Below the pieces are notes generated by a model. That model did not search any database. It was not told the origin of the DNA and was given only the letters and a program-made list of their open reading frames with translations. From assembly GCA_049511795.1 (NCBI GenBank), contig JBEKXS010000002.1, positions 83,987 to 115,986 of the forward strand: a stretch of 32,000 nucleotides of DNA. The letters run 5' to 3'. Position 1 is the first letter of the stretch, and every line of letters starts with the position of its first letter. Below, piece by piece: positions 8,754 to 17,303 of this stretch. The stretch comes from Candidatus Saccharimonadota bacterium. Its GTDB lineage: Archaea; Nanobdellota; Nanobdellia; Pacearchaeales; GW2011-AR1. Position numbers and translations under genes: made by a program.

Positions 8754-9487
8754 CTTCTTTTTCTCTTGTTCTTATTTTTATAAAGTTTACTATTTTTTCT
8801 ATTCTTAACCTCTTTTTCAATTCTTCCATCTTTTATATGAACAACTCTTTTTGCATAGTGAACAAGATCTAAGTCATGTGTAACAAGGATTATTGTTTTT
8901 CCATATTTTTCATGCATCTCTCCAAGAAAGTTCATCACAAATGTTCCTGTCTTGCTGTCAAGATTCCCTGTCGGCTCATCTGCAAGAATAACTTCAGGAT
9001 CATTTGCAAGGGCCCTTGCAATTGCAACTCTTTGCTGCTGACCCCCGGAAAGTTCAGAGGGCTTATGATGAAGTCTATCTCCAAGCCCAAGCATATTCAA
9101 TAAGTCTTCAGCTCTTTTTTTCGCTTTTTCTTCTGAAACATCAATAAGTTCCATAGGAAGCATGACATTTTGCAATGCATTCAGTGTAGGTATTAGATTA
9201 AACTGCTGGAAAATGAATCCAATTTTTTTGCTTCTCAGCAAAGTAAGTGAAGATTCACTGATGTTTCCAATATTTTTTTCATCAAGATAAACATTTCCGT
9301 AAGAAGGCACATCAAGGGCACCAACAAGATGCATCATGGTGCTTTTTCCACTTCCACTCGGCCCTGTTATTGCAACAAATTCTCCTGGTTTTATTTCAAG
9401 GTCAACTTCTTTTAGAACAGTAAGTCCTTCTGTTTTTCCCATCTGATATCTTTTCCAAACATCATCCATTTTGATTATTGATTTCAT
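8750..9487 (-). CDS. ABC transporter ATP-binding protein (MacB/LolD-like family)
   Basis: 245-aa ORF with Walker A GPSGSGKST, signature LSGGQQQRVAIARAL, Walker B ILADEPTGNLD and an H-loop (VTHD). It carries a Lys/Arg-rich C-terminal tail. Confidence 0.9.
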   Translation of the reverse strand: MKSIIKMDDVWKRYQMGKTEGLTVLKEVDLEIKPGEFVAITGPSGSGKSTMMHLVGALDVPSYGNVYLDEKNIGNISESSLTLLRSKKIGFIFQQFNLIPTLNALQNVMLPMELIDVSEEKAKKRAEDLLNMLGLGDRLHHKPSELSGGQQQRVAIARALANDPEVILADEPTGNLDSKTGTFVMNFLGEMHEKYGKTIILVTHDLDLVHYAKRVVHIKDGRIEKEVKNRKNSKLYKNKNKRKRR

Positions 9488-9855
9488 TGTGCTCCCTGCC
9501 CTGACCAGTTCATCATTGAATATGTTTCATAATTTCTTGTATAATTGAAAAGCCCGGCACAGCTCTCATCGGTTTGATTTTTCCTGCAGTAACTAAAACA
9601 GTAAATCCTGTTCTGACTGCAGTATGTACTCACCTGATCTGCACTAGGAGAGCCCTGAAAAAAAGATGTAGTTTGGTCAACCTTTGTTTGGTTGATTGTG
9701 AAATTTCCAGGTCTTCTAATACCATTTCTCATCTGAACATTTTGGTAGTTGTGAGAAAGATGATCTGAAAAAAGAAAAAAGCCTAATGCTATTATTGCAA
9801 CAGCACCCAAAATTCCTATTATAATCATATATTTATGATTTTTCTTATCACCCAT
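9484..9855 (-). CDS. Small membrane-anchored protein with a 4-Cys extracytoplasmic domain, unknown function
   Basis: The track ORF starts at a TTG (9924). I prefer ATG at 9855 (MGDKKNHKYMIIIGILGAVAIIALGFFLF...). It has one TM, then the Cys pattern YCSQNRIYCFSYCRKNQTDESC. Its stop overlaps the ATPase start (ATGA at 9484-9487). Confidence 0.5.
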   Translation of the reverse strand: MGDKKNHKYMIIIGILGAVAIIALGFFLFSDHLSHNYQNVQMRNGIRRPGNFTINQTKVDQTTSFFQGSPSADQVSTYCSQNRIYCFSYCRKNQTDESCAGLFNYTRNYETYSMMNWSGQGAQ

Positions 9856-9959
9856 AAAAGAAAAAATTTCTGAGAAGTTTATAAACAAGATGGACGTTAA
9901 ATCTATTTGATTTAAAAAGTGCAAAAAATTAATAAAAGAAAGAAACTAATATTAATAAA

Positions 9960-10643
9960 ATGCCTTCCTTGCCATTCCCATTTATGGGTCCTATTTTCTG
10001 GGTTGAATTGATTTTTTCTTTAATTGTAGTCATAACCTGTGGTCTGATTTATTTCCAGGCAAAGAAACTTTATGACATTTCTTCATACAAAGGGATAAAA
10101 TATTTTGGTAATGCCTTTCTTTTTTTTGGAATAGCATTTTTGTCAAGATTTGTTCTACGCATTTTTGTAATTACGGTATTTGGATTAAGAAATCCTTTTG
10201 GTTTCCTTCTCTTTAACTTTGGTTATTTGATATTTCTTTATGCAGGTTTAATGGCTGGATTTTATTTGATATACAGTTCATTATGGAAACACTTGAAAAA
10301 CCCAGAGCAAATAGGATGGCTTTTCCATCCAATAGCTGTAACAATAGCTTCTGTTTTCATAATATTTCTTTTTGGCTCAGCAACTCTTCTTCTATTGCTC
10401 CTTCTTTTCTTTTTTGCAGTTCTCCTTGCATATTCAAGTGAAAAACATATAGATAAAAGAGATAAAAAAGGAATAGGAAAACTTTACATTCTTTATATAC
10501 TTCTTTTCATTGCTTTTATTGCTAATGCTACCGCGCAATTTTTAATAAGGATATCAGATGAAGTAAGCATTATCCTTTATACTATATCCTCGCTCCTGTT
10601 CTTAGTAATTCTTTACAGAGTGATAAAAGCTACTAAAAAATAG
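9960..10643 (+). CDS. Polytopic integral membrane protein, unknown function
   Basis: 227-aa ORF with about 6-7 hydrophobic helices and an ATG start. No recognisable catalytic motif. Confidence 0.6.
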   Translation: MPSLPFPFMGPIFWVELIFSLIVVITCGLIYFQAKKLYDISSYKGIKYFGNAFLFFGIAFLSRFVLRIFVITVFGLRNPFGFLLFNFGYLIFLYAGLMAGFYLIYSSLWKHLKNPEQIGWLFHPIAVTIASVFIIFLFGSATLLLLLLLFFFAVLLAYSSEKHIDKRDKKGIGKLYILYILLFIAFIANATAQFLIRISDEVSIILYTISSLLFLVILYRVIKATKK

Positions 10644-10662
10644 CTAACAAAATAGAGTCCAA

Positions 10663-10938
10663 ATGCCAAAAAAAAGAAGCAGAGTAGAGCTAATTTATAG
10701 TATCTTAAAGATAATTATGGAAAACAAGAATTCAATAAGGTATACTCATTTATTGAGAAGTTCAAACATCTCTTCTGCTGGTTTTTCAAAATATATGGTA
10801 GAGTTAACGGAAAAAGATTTTATAAAAGAAATAAGAGACAAAAATGGCACAAAATATTATTCTCTTTCAGACCGTGGTTTTCATTTTCTTGAAAAGTACA
10901 ATGCAATCAGGAAATTTATCCAAGAATTTGACCTTTAA
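10663..10938 (+). CDS. Small winged-helix DNA-binding protein (archaeal COG3432-like predicted transcriptional regulator)
   Basis: 91-aa ORF. RVELIYSILKIIMENKNSIRYTHLLRSSNISSAGFSKYMVELTEKDFI...YYSLSDRGFHFLEKY fits the wHTH pattern helix-turn-helix-wing. Confidence 0.65.
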   Translation: MPKKRSRVELIYSILKIIMENKNSIRYTHLLRSSNISSAGFSKYMVELTEKDFIKEIRDKNGTKYYSLSDRGFHFLEKYNAIRKFIQEFDL

Positions 10939-11056
10939 TGAATCTTTTATTATTGAAGACAAAAAATTAGTAAAATCTGAATAATTATAGTAGTTTAAAT
11001 ATTATTACTCAAAAATGAAAAAGTTCTTAAAATGATATAAATATTATACTAAAAGG

Positions 11057-11075
11057 GAATATTTATTAAATATTC
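11057..11075. promoter_or_regulatory. Perfect 9+1+9 palindrome GAATATTTA-T-TAAATATTC over the likely proS TATA region
   Basis: Read directly; the reverse complement is identical apart from the central base. The centre lies about 25 nt upstream of the proS ATG (11091), where an archaeal TATA box would sit for a leaderless or short-leader mRNA. Confidence 0.3.
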
Positions 11076-11090
11076 TTTCCATTTTTACAT

Positions 11091-12542
11091 ATGACTAATG
11101 AATCAGAAAAGGGGAAAGAAAAAAAGAACGTAAATTTTTCTGAATGGTATTCAAACATTATTGAAAAAGCAGAGATAGTTGATTTGCGCCTTGGTATAAA
11201 AGGTTTCATAACAATAAGGCCATGGGGAACGCAGATAATTGAAAAATTGTTTGATATGTTTGAAGAAGAACTGCAAAGAAAAGGCCATCTTCCTGTAATA
11301 ATGCCTTCTGTTATTCCTGAATCAAATTTGAAAAAAGAATCAAGCCACATAAAAGGATTTACTCCTCAAGTCTTCTGGCTTGAAACAGAAAAAGGAGAAG
11401 AAAGGCTTGCTTTAAGACCAACAAGCGAGACAGTCTTTACTCCAATGTTCTCCTTGTGGATAAGAAGCCACAGAGATTTACCTATGAAACTTTATCAGCG
11501 TGGCTCTGTTTTCAGGTATGATACAAAAGCAACAAGGCCTTTAATTCGTGGTCGAGAGTTTCAATGGATAGAATGTCATGATGCATTTGCAACAAAAAAA
11601 GATGCAGAAGCCCAAGTTCAGGAAGACATTGACACAACTGAAAAAATTCTCCATGAAAAACTAGGAATTCCTTTCTTCCCAATGAAAAGGCCGCAGTGGG
11701 ACAAATTTGCAGGAGCAGAATATACAATTGGCTCAGATGTTTTAATGCCAGATGGAAAAATGATTCAACAGCCATCTACGCATTTAATGGGGCAGAAATT
11801 CTCTCGTGCTTTCAATGCAAAATTCAAGACAGTTGACGGAAGAGAAGATTATCTTTATACAACAGCATATGGCCCTGCAATGTCTCGTATTTTGGTTTCA
11901 ATAATTTCAACGCATGGAGATGATTCAGGTCTTGTTCTTCCATTTTCAGTCTCTCCCATACAAGTCTTTATTGTTCCAATTTACACTGTTAAAAATAAGA
12001 GAAAAATAATGAAATACAGTCATGAAATATTGGCCAAACTTCATGGTCATGGAATAAAATCCAAACTTGATTCAAGAGAAGACTACAGTCCTGGCTGGAA
12101 ATTCCATGAATCAGAGCTAAAAGGAATTCCTTTCAGAATTGAGATAGGAGAAAAAGAAATGAAATCAAAGAAAGTAACCTTGTTCATAAGAGATACAAAG
12201 AAAAAACAAGCAATTTCTGTTGCAAAACTAGGAAATATAAACAAGCTCGGAAAAGATTATGATGAAAGATTGAAAAAAAATGCAGATTTATTTGTAAAGA
12301 ATAAAATAATTAACTGCAAGACAAAGGCAGATATTAAAAAAACAGTTGACAATGGAAAAATTGCCAGAGTTAACTTCTGTAGCATTCAAGAACAAGGTGT
12401 GCATTGTGCAGAAGTTATTGAAAAAGAAATTGGTGCAGAAGTAAGAGGAACTTTGGCAAACAAGAATGAAAAGCCTACAGGAAATTGTGCAATATGTAAT
12501 AAGAAAACAGAGGCCGTAGTCTATATAGCAAAAAGCTACTAG
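11091..12542 (+). CDS. proS: Prolyl-tRNA synthetase, archaeal/eukaryotic type
   Basis: 483-aa ORF. Class II core blocks are present (LALRPTSETVFTPMF, RGREFQWIECH), followed by an anticodon-binding domain and a C-terminal Cys-rich domain ending in the conserved terminal Tyr (...YIAKSY). Confidence 0.9.
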   Translation: MTNESEKGKEKKNVNFSEWYSNIIEKAEIVDLRLGIKGFITIRPWGTQIIEKLFDMFEEELQRKGHLPVIMPSVIPESNLKKESSHIKGFTPQVFWLETEKGEERLALRPTSETVFTPMFSLWIRSHRDLPMKLYQRGSVFRYDTKATRPLIRGREFQWIECHDAFATKKDAEAQVQEDIDTTEKILHEKLGIPFFPMKRPQWDKFAGAEYTIGSDVLMPDGKMIQQPSTHLMGQKFSRAFNAKFKTVDGREDYLYTTAYGPAMSRILVSIISTHGDDSGLVLPFSVSPIQVFIVPIYTVKNKRKIMKYSHEILAKLHGHGIKSKLDSREDYSPGWKFHESELKGIPFRIEIGEKEMKSKKVTLFIRDTKKKQAISVAKLGNINKLGKDYDERLKKNADLFVKNKIINCKTKADIKKTVDNGKIARVNFCSIQEQGVHCAEVIEKEIGAEVRGTLANKNEKPTGNCAICNKKTEAVVYIAKSY

Positions 12543-12551
12543 ACTCTACCA

Positions 12552-12701
12552 TTATTCTTCTTGTTCTCCGCTATAGTCAAGCCCAAGCATTTGCAGTTCT
12601 TGTTCCATTCTGAAAGTTGCTTCCATAAGCTCACTAAATTCATCTTCCAAAACAGTCTTTTCCCTAACTGCTTTTGCCGTCCTCATTTGTGCCATTTCCA
12701 T
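12552..12701 (-). CDS. Possible 49-aa acidic helical mini-protein (below the track cutoff)
   Basis: Manual translation gives MEMAQMRTAKAVREKTVLEDEFSELMEATFRMEQELQMLGLDYSGEQEE*. Composition is protein-like, unlike the Phe/Cys/His-rich + strand track ORF 12561..12752 opposite it. No homolog recognised. Confidence 0.3.
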   Translation of the reverse strand: MEMAQMRTAKAVREKTVLEDEFSELMEATFRMEQELQMLGLDYSGEQEE

Positions 12702-12948
12702 CTTTTTTTTGCAATTAGTTCAGAAGAATTCTTTCAAACCCAGTTAAATTAAGTAGAAGTATATTCAATTTAATCCAGGCCTAAAAGAAAAACTCTGAAT
12801 TAAATTGTTTTATTTATATATTTAATATTTTTTTTATTGAGCATCAACTTGTCAGTATTCCAAGTAGCTATTCTTACAACATCTTCTTTGCTAAGCTGAT
12901 TACTCATATTTTTTTTAAGAAAAATAGCTTTTTATATATTTCTGTTTT

Positions 12949-14025
12949 TTATTTTACAGCAATGGGTTTTATTGTCGCTGTAGAAGATATAATTTTTTCT
13001 ATTCTTTCCCTGAATATCTCCAAATCTTCTATTTTAACCTGGCCTCCAACAGCAACTTCATGTCCTCCTGCTGAAGCATTTTCCAAACCTTCTATTGCCT
13101 TCAAAATTATATCTCTTGCGCCTTTTCCACGCATTGAAATATTTGCCTTTGCTCCTTTCACATAAACAACAGCAACTAATTTTTGTGGAAACCTGTAAGC
13201 AAGCTCATTTGAAATGTCAGCGCTTATGCTCAAATCTCCACCATACTGAAAGAAAAGAAGTTTTTCTGGTTTTTTTGCAAGATAAAGTGCTTTTTTCAGC
13301 AATCTTTGATATTTTGAAAATATTTGGTTAAATCTTACGTGCAATGTATGATTTTTCTGGTTGTCTTCAAGAATTTCATACGGGCTTTTTGCTTTCATCA
13401 AAAATCTCAACATGCTTATTACATTAGTTGTCCTGTCTTTCAGGCCAAAGCTGAGAATTCTTGAAATTGTTCCTGTCTGAGATTTGTAAAGTATGTCAAA
13501 GGCATCTTTTGATTTTACAGCAAGGTCAGGATATTTTTTCTCATATTCAGGATAGAATTCCGGAACAAAGCCATCTGAAATGCAACCGATAGTTGCAATC
13601 CACAAGTCGTCCTTGCTTTTTGTAATTTCATAGCAAAGCGCTGTTACAGGCTCGCTGCTTGATTCTTTGTTAAAAACAGGGTTGTAATAATTAACATAAT
13701 CTGGAATAACCTCTTTGTTTATCTTGTGATGGTCTATCCAAACAATAGGAATATTTTCTTTGTGCACTTCCTCAAAAAAAGCATTGGAAACAAGCGGCTT
13801 GTCAAGTATGAATATATAGTCTGCACCAAGTTCCTTGACTTTTCTGAAATATTCTGGAATCAAGTCAGGAAATGATTTTGCGGCAACGCCTTTCCCTCTT
13901 TGTAAAAATCTCTGCAATAAAAGAAAGGAACAAAGACCATCCTGGTCATTATCAAAGAAGAATATTGGGTTCTGGGCTTTTTCTAGATGTTCCTTTATTT
14001 CCTCTACCTGTTTTGTTGTTAACAT
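12949..14025 (-). CDS. DHH/DHHA1-family phosphoesterase, RecJ-like motif set (nuclease or nanoRNase/cyclic-dinucleotide phosphodiesterase)
   Basis: 358-aa ORF with motif I/II FFFDNDQDGLCS (DxDxDG as in RecJ), ILDKP, motif III WIDHHK, motif IV CISDGF and the DHHA1 block SAGGHEVAVGG. It starts 15 nt after the disA stop and is preceded by GGGGAAG. Confidence 0.8.
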   Translation of the reverse strand: MLTTKQVEEIKEHLEKAQNPIFFFDNDQDGLCSFLLLQRFLQRGKGVAAKSFPDLIPEYFRKVKELGADYIFILDKPLVSNAFFEEVHKENIPIVWIDHHKINKEVIPDYVNYYNPVFNKESSSEPVTALCYEITKSKDDLWIATIGCISDGFVPEFYPEYEKKYPDLAVKSKDAFDILYKSQTGTISRILSFGLKDRTTNVISMLRFLMKAKSPYEILEDNQKNHTLHVRFNQIFSKYQRLLKKALYLAKKPEKLLFFQYGGDLSISADISNELAYRFPQKLVAVVYVKGAKANISMRGKGARDIILKAIEGLENASAGGHEVAVGGQVKIEDLEIFRERIEKIISSTATIKPIAVK

Positions 14026-14040
14026 TTTCCATCTTCCCCG

Positions 14041-15156
14041 CTAAAGGCTTTTACCTACCAAAATTTTTTCTTTAAGATTCTTAAGGTCATGCATTACAGA
14101 GCCAATAAGTTTCTCATTTTTAAATACTGTTGAAAGTGATTCCTGGTCTACATCAAATACTTTGTCAAGGCCGCCAAATGAATTGAGTAGCGTCTTTATG
14201 TCTTTTTCAAGAAGTTCTGTCTTGCTCAAAATTCTCAGGCCTTTTGGTGAAACAGGCTTGTCATGAATCTCCCCGAAAAGAATTCTTGCTATGTTACTTG
14301 TCTCCAACAAAAAGTCATAGTTAACATTTCTCATTAATTCATCAGCTTTTCCGTATTTCTGGTTGAAGTAATCCTTAAGAAGAAGCTCTCTTTCTTTCCC
14401 AAGATTTTTTGTAAGCTCTTTCAAACGCATGCTTACAATTATTCCTTCTTTTCCCAATTCAATAAGATATCTTTTTACATTCTCGGAAATTCTTCTTATG
14501 TTTTCCATTGTTTGCAACACACTGCAAACATCTCTTGTTGTTGTAAGGTTTGTAATTTCAAGAACATTCAAATGGGAAATCAAGTCGTTATAGATTTCTT
14601 TTTGCTTTTCAAGTATTTGCAGGTTTTCTGCAGCTCTTCTCAAAATTTCAGAAGTTTTTTCCAGGAAATAAACATCTTCTTTGTAATAAAGCGTTATTTT
14701 GTTTTTTCTTTCAGAAACAGCTATGACAATTGTCCCAAATTGTTTTGCAGTTCTCTCTGCAGCCTTGTGCCTTGTTCCTGTTTCTTTTGTAAGTATTTTT
14801 GCGCTTGGAGTAAGAAGTGTATTTGCATACACTATTTTCTTTAAATCATTTGATAACACAATTGCACCATCCATTTTCGCCAATTCAACAAGCCTTTGCG
14901 CGCTAAATCTGCAGTTTACCCTGAAACCACCTTCAACAATCGTTAAAAGTCCTTCCTTATCAACAACAATCAAAGCTCCAAGCCTTGCCCTTAAAATATC
15001 ATCAAGAGCTGTTCTTAATGTTGTTCCAGGAGACATCATTTTAAGCACATCAAGAAGGTCAATTTCCTTTTTTTCTTCAACAATTGATTGTTTTTGTACA
15101 ATTGGTTCAGAACCAGTAACAACAATTTTTTCCATTTCTTGGTGCTTTTCGTCCAT
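14041..15156 (-). CDS. disA: DNA integrity scanning protein DisA (diadenylate cyclase, full three-domain architecture)
   Basis: 371-aa ORF. SPGTTLRTALDDILRARLGALIVV, MDGAIVLS (DGA motif) and ETGTRHKAAERTAKQFGTIVIAVSERKNKITLYY (RHR-type motif, here RHK) match the DAC domain. A long helical linker and a C-terminal HhH-like region follow. A GAGGT Shine-Dalgarno-like element lies about 8 nt upstream of the ATG. Confidence 0.85.
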   Translation of the reverse strand: MDEKHQEMEKIVVTGSEPIVQKQSIVEEKKEIDLLDVLKMMSPGTTLRTALDDILRARLGALIVVDKEGLLTIVEGGFRVNCRFSAQRLVELAKMDGAIVLSNDLKKIVYANTLLTPSAKILTKETGTRHKAAERTAKQFGTIVIAVSERKNKITLYYKEDVYFLEKTSEILRRAAENLQILEKQKEIYNDLISHLNVLEITNLTTTRDVCSVLQTMENIRRISENVKRYLIELGKEGIIVSMRLKELTKNLGKERELLLKDYFNQKYGKADELMRNVNYDFLLETSNIARILFGEIHDKPVSPKGLRILSKTELLEKDIKTLLNSFGGLDKVFDVDQESLSTVFKNEKLIGSVMHDLKNLKEKILVGKSL

Positions 15157-15242
15157 TTTAAACCTCTATTTTTATTTTATACTAAAATCAATATAGTTCT
15201 TATATTTAAACTTTTATAAGAGAAAATTTGGTTATTTTCAAG

Positions 15243-16235
15243 TTACTTTGCAAACGTCTCTGCGACAATTAATGGAAAAAGTATCGTCGCATCTCCAAAA
15301 ACTTTGACACTTTCTGCGTTTTTTGTTATTTTTCCCCAAGAAACAGCTTCTTCAGGCAATGCTCCTGCATCGCTTCCGTCAAATTCTTGAGAATTGTTTA
15401 TGTAAACAGAATAATCAGCTCCATTTCTCAGCATGTTTGCATTAAGGATTGAATGCTTTACAACACCACTTCCTAAAATTATCAATCCAGATTTTTTCAA
15501 CCCAATTGTAGTATCATTAAACCATTTTATGTCTTCAGTTATGTCAATCACAAAATCCGAGTGTTTGAATTTAAAGAAATAAACATTATCTCCTAGTGCT
15601 CCATCAAGAATTGCAGGGCAGTAAACTCTTATCTTATTTTTCCATGCCCAGTAATAAATACTTTCTTCATTGTTTATTTTTTCCCCTAATTTCCAAATAA
15701 TTTTTAAGGGTGTTATCACTTTCCCTGTTTTTTTCTGTTCTTGATAAAGTTCCTCAAGTATTGGCTGGAAAAATTCCTCAAATTCAACATATCTGTTATT
15801 TGAAGCAAAAATATTTCCTATTCTGTTTATTCCTTTGTCTCTGAGTTCTTTTCCACTTGCCCTGAAATCACCAAGAACGAAACTACCAAGGCATTTTATT
15901 ATGTCTTCTTCAATTCCTCCAGCAGTTGTTACAGCAACATTAACTTTCTTGTTTTGAACAAGCCATCTGAAAATATCTCTGAGCCCAGAGCTAACCATGT
16001 TTGAAGTATATCCTAAGTAAACAAAAGCCTGATTTTTTATCATCTTGTTTACAATCTCTGTTGCTTTTGCAAAATGGGATGCTTGGAATCCTGTTGAAGA
16101 AAAGCTTTTTACAATGTCTTCATAATTTGCTTCTTTGTCAAAATTATAGCCTTCTATCTTTGTTCCTTGAGCTTCATCGCTCTTTCTAAGCAGATTTTCC
16201 TTAGCAATCTTTTCTTTGTCAATGTTTTTGTTCAT
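15243..16235 (-). CDS. dys: Deoxyhypusine synthase
   Basis: 330-aa ORF with YLGYTSNMVSSGLRD, VTTAGGIEEDIIKC and GSDAGALPEEAVSWGKI, the last containing the catalytic Lys block of DHS. Confidence 0.9.
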   Translation of the reverse strand: MNKNIDKEKIAKENLLRKSDEAQGTKIEGYNFDKEANYEDIVKSFSSTGFQASHFAKATEIVNKMIKNQAFVYLGYTSNMVSSGLRDIFRWLVQNKKVNVAVTTAGGIEEDIIKCLGSFVLGDFRASGKELRDKGINRIGNIFASNNRYVEFEEFFQPILEELYQEQKKTGKVITPLKIIWKLGEKINNEESIYYWAWKNKIRVYCPAILDGALGDNVYFFKFKHSDFVIDITEDIKWFNDTTIGLKKSGLIILGSGVVKHSILNANMLRNGADYSVYINNSQEFDGSDAGALPEEAVSWGKITKNAESVKVFGDATILFPLIVAETFAK

Positions 16236-16453
16236 TTTTTATAGTTTGTTTATGGTTTACATAAAGTAGAGCAAGATTTAGTAGAAACTATGAGAATTAA
16301 ATTATAGGTATAGCCAAACTTTCCGAAATTTTTGTGTCTGAATGCATACAGAATAAAAAAAGTTAGGCATTTATAAAAGTATCTTAATGCCATCTGCCAA
16401 AACAAGCTTTCTACCATAAAAATCTTTTTAAATCAAGCCAAGCTGATATTAAA

Positions 16454-16669
16454 ATGAATAAATGGGCAGAACTTTTGATTGGACTTGTTCTTCTTGCAGT
16501 AGTCATACTTGTAGGCTGGGCATCTTCAGCATATTCCTGGACATTATTCGGAAAAAATCTTAACTTTTTGCAGTCTGCATGGATTTTGCTAAAGGGCGGA
16601 ATTTTCTGGTTTGTTGCTCTTGTTGCAGTGCTTTTGATAATTCTTGGAATAAATGATATGAGAGATTAA
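16454..16669 (+). CDS. Small two-TM membrane protein, unknown function
   Basis: 71-aa ORF with an ATG start and two clear hydrophobic helices (LLIGLVLLAVVILVGW; IFWFVALVAVLLIILG). Confidence 0.5.
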   Translation: MNKWAELLIGLVLLAVVILVGWASSAYSWTLFGKNLNFLQSAWILLKGGIFWFVALVAVLLIILGINDMRD

Positions 16670-16682
16670 GCTAATTTCAAGC

Positions 16683-17294
16683 TTAACCGCCTAAAAGAGT
16701 TATAAGAAATCCTTCTATTATTGCAGCTACAAAAAGCAATGGAATAACAACAAAGAAAAAGACTTTTATTGATTTAAACAAGTAATCCTTTAGTGTTGCA
16801 AAGCTATTTTTTTTGAATATTGCTGTTCCCAATTTTAAGCCAAGCCCAAGGGAAATGAACAAAGCAGGCAGTTCAAAAATTCCATGAGGAAAAAGTCTCC
16901 AAAGAATAAGAATTCCTCCTGTTGAAACAGCTTTCTCAGCAACAAAGCCTAGGAGATAGCCATTTGCTAGTGTTGTAAAAACAGAAAAAACACCAAAGAA
17001 AATTCCAAACAACATTCCTGTCAGACTTGTTTGCACATTATTGAAAAAAATGAAAGTTATTAATTGCGATGCAGAAAGATCTTTTGTTTGAGCAAGAAGA
17101 TTCTCAAGAAAACCTAAAATTATTGTGTTAAGTGCAGCTGGCGCAGGTATAAAAAATCCAATAAGAGCGAAAAAAAGGAAAATAAAAAAGATAGAGTAAA
17201 CAAACCATTTTGATTCCTTTATGTAATCAATGCTTTCCCTGTAATTTCTAAAGAAAAATCCATTCTTTCTTTTTCGTGGTTTGTTCTTTGGCAT
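16683..17294 (-). CDS. SpoIIM-like (DUF95 family) integral membrane protein
   Basis: 203-aa ORF, polytopic. LFPHGIFELPALFISLGLGLKLG matches the family's HG-x-x-E-L-P block. Confidence 0.6.
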   Translation of the reverse strand: MPKNKPRKRKNGFFFRNYRESIDYIKESKWFVYSIFFIFLFFALIGFFIPAPAALNTIILGFLENLLAQTKDLSASQLITFIFFNNVQTSLTGMLFGIFFGVFSVFTTLANGYLLGFVAEKAVSTGGILILWRLFPHGIFELPALFISLGLGLKLGTAIFKKNSFATLKDYLFKSIKVFFFVVIPLLFVAAIIEGFLITLLGG

Positions 17295-17303
17295 TTTGTT
17301 ATA

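Noticed and set aside
11066-11350. 94-aa minus-strand ORF overlapping the proS start
   Set aside because: It is antisense to the conserved ProRS N-terminus. There is no plausible promoter, and the composition is not protein-like.
12561-12752. 63-aa + strand ORF (TTG start) after proS
   Set aside because: The translation is rich in Phe/Cys/His and poor in charged residues. The opposite strand carries a more credible 49-aa ORF. Probably non-coding on this strand.
14512-15196. + strand ORFs 14512..14844 and 14699..15196
   Set aside because: They are antisense to disA and have Cys/Phe/Ser-rich junk composition. The same reasoning applies to the shadows inside gatD, the permease, the ATPase, DHH, dys, tfe, alaS, leuS (e.g. 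24242..24730), glyS and the surface protein gene.
16236-16453. 218-nt divergent spacer between dys and the small membrane protein gene, with weak dyads (GGCATT-n13-AATGCC; ATAGTTT...AAACTAT)
   Set aside because: The stems are short and AT-rich with large loops. The size is compatible with two back-to-back promoters. No ncRNA signature was recognised by eye.
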